A stretch of 64,000 nucleotides of DNA from positions 3,296,001 through 3,360,000 of the forward strand of contig OY762897.2 in assembly GCA_963666515.2 (NCBI GenBank), in the 5' to 3' direction. This DNA comes from Candidatus Binatia bacterium (lineage in GTDB: Bacteria > Desulfobacterota > Binatia > UBA9968 > JAJDTQ01). Position numbers and translations under genes: made by a program. Below, piece by piece: positions 63,760 through 64,000 of this stretch. The notes under the pieces are model-generated. The model did not search any database, was not told where the DNA came from, and was given only the letters and a program-made list of their open reading frames with translations. Every line of letters starts with the position of its first letter. Positions within the stretch are counted from its first letter, which is position 1.

Positions 63760-64000
63760 CTACCCCTCCGCGGCGGCCCAAAGCACACGGATGGCGGGCA
63801 GGCCCAGGAACTGGGCGCCGCGCTTCTGGCGTCCGATGCGCTCCCAGGTGTCGCCGCGGTCGGGGGTCCGGTAGATGTCTCCTTCCCCCGGCGGGCCGGC
63901 GGTGTGGCCGCGGGCCACGTCGCCGAAGGCCGCAATGATCGCGTCGCCGTCATAAGGATCGCGGGCCAGTTGCCAGCACATGCCCGGATGCGTCACCGGC
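63760..64000 (-). CDS. C-terminus of BNR/Asp-box repeat (beta-propeller) protein, partial
   Basis: IYRTPDRGDTWE Asp-box-like motif; ORF runs to the window edge. Confidence 0.55.
   Translation of the reverse strand, partial: PVTHPGMCWQLARDPYDGDAIIAAFGDVARGHTAGPPGEGDIYRTPDRGDTWERIGRQKRGAQFLGLPAIRVLWAAAEG

Overview
GC-rich bacterial chromosome segment from a diderm organism. The gene set suggests a Deltaproteobacteria/Binatia-like lineage, which is inference only. Most of the window is housekeeping or catabolic: a yejABEF-type peptide ABC transporter with YejE and YejF fused, ligA, rsmI, a split two-gene NAD synthetase, amgK-murU, tRNA-Pro(CGG), rsmB-fmt-def-priA, pilMN plus a PilO-PilP fusion, NamZ, an AprA/B-like flavoprotein-ferredoxin pair, prpE with a Na+:solute symporter, a long run of catabolic enzymes, a small toxin-antitoxin cluster and several REP-like palindromes. 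The standout locus is 15.0-19.3 kb. Two paralogous outer-membrane beta-barrel (porin-like) genes lie head-to-head as a large inverted repeat. Their first 464 bp (RBS plus 5' coding region) are identical, while downstream they are a mosaic of identical tracts and divergent putative surface loops. A unique 229-bp AT-rich spacer between them has its best sigma70-like promoters pointing at only one copy, and an intact Cre-like tyrosine recombinase lies immediately downstream. This is the architecture expected of an invertible-promoter porin switch (phase/antigenic variation); the inversion itself is inferred, not observed.
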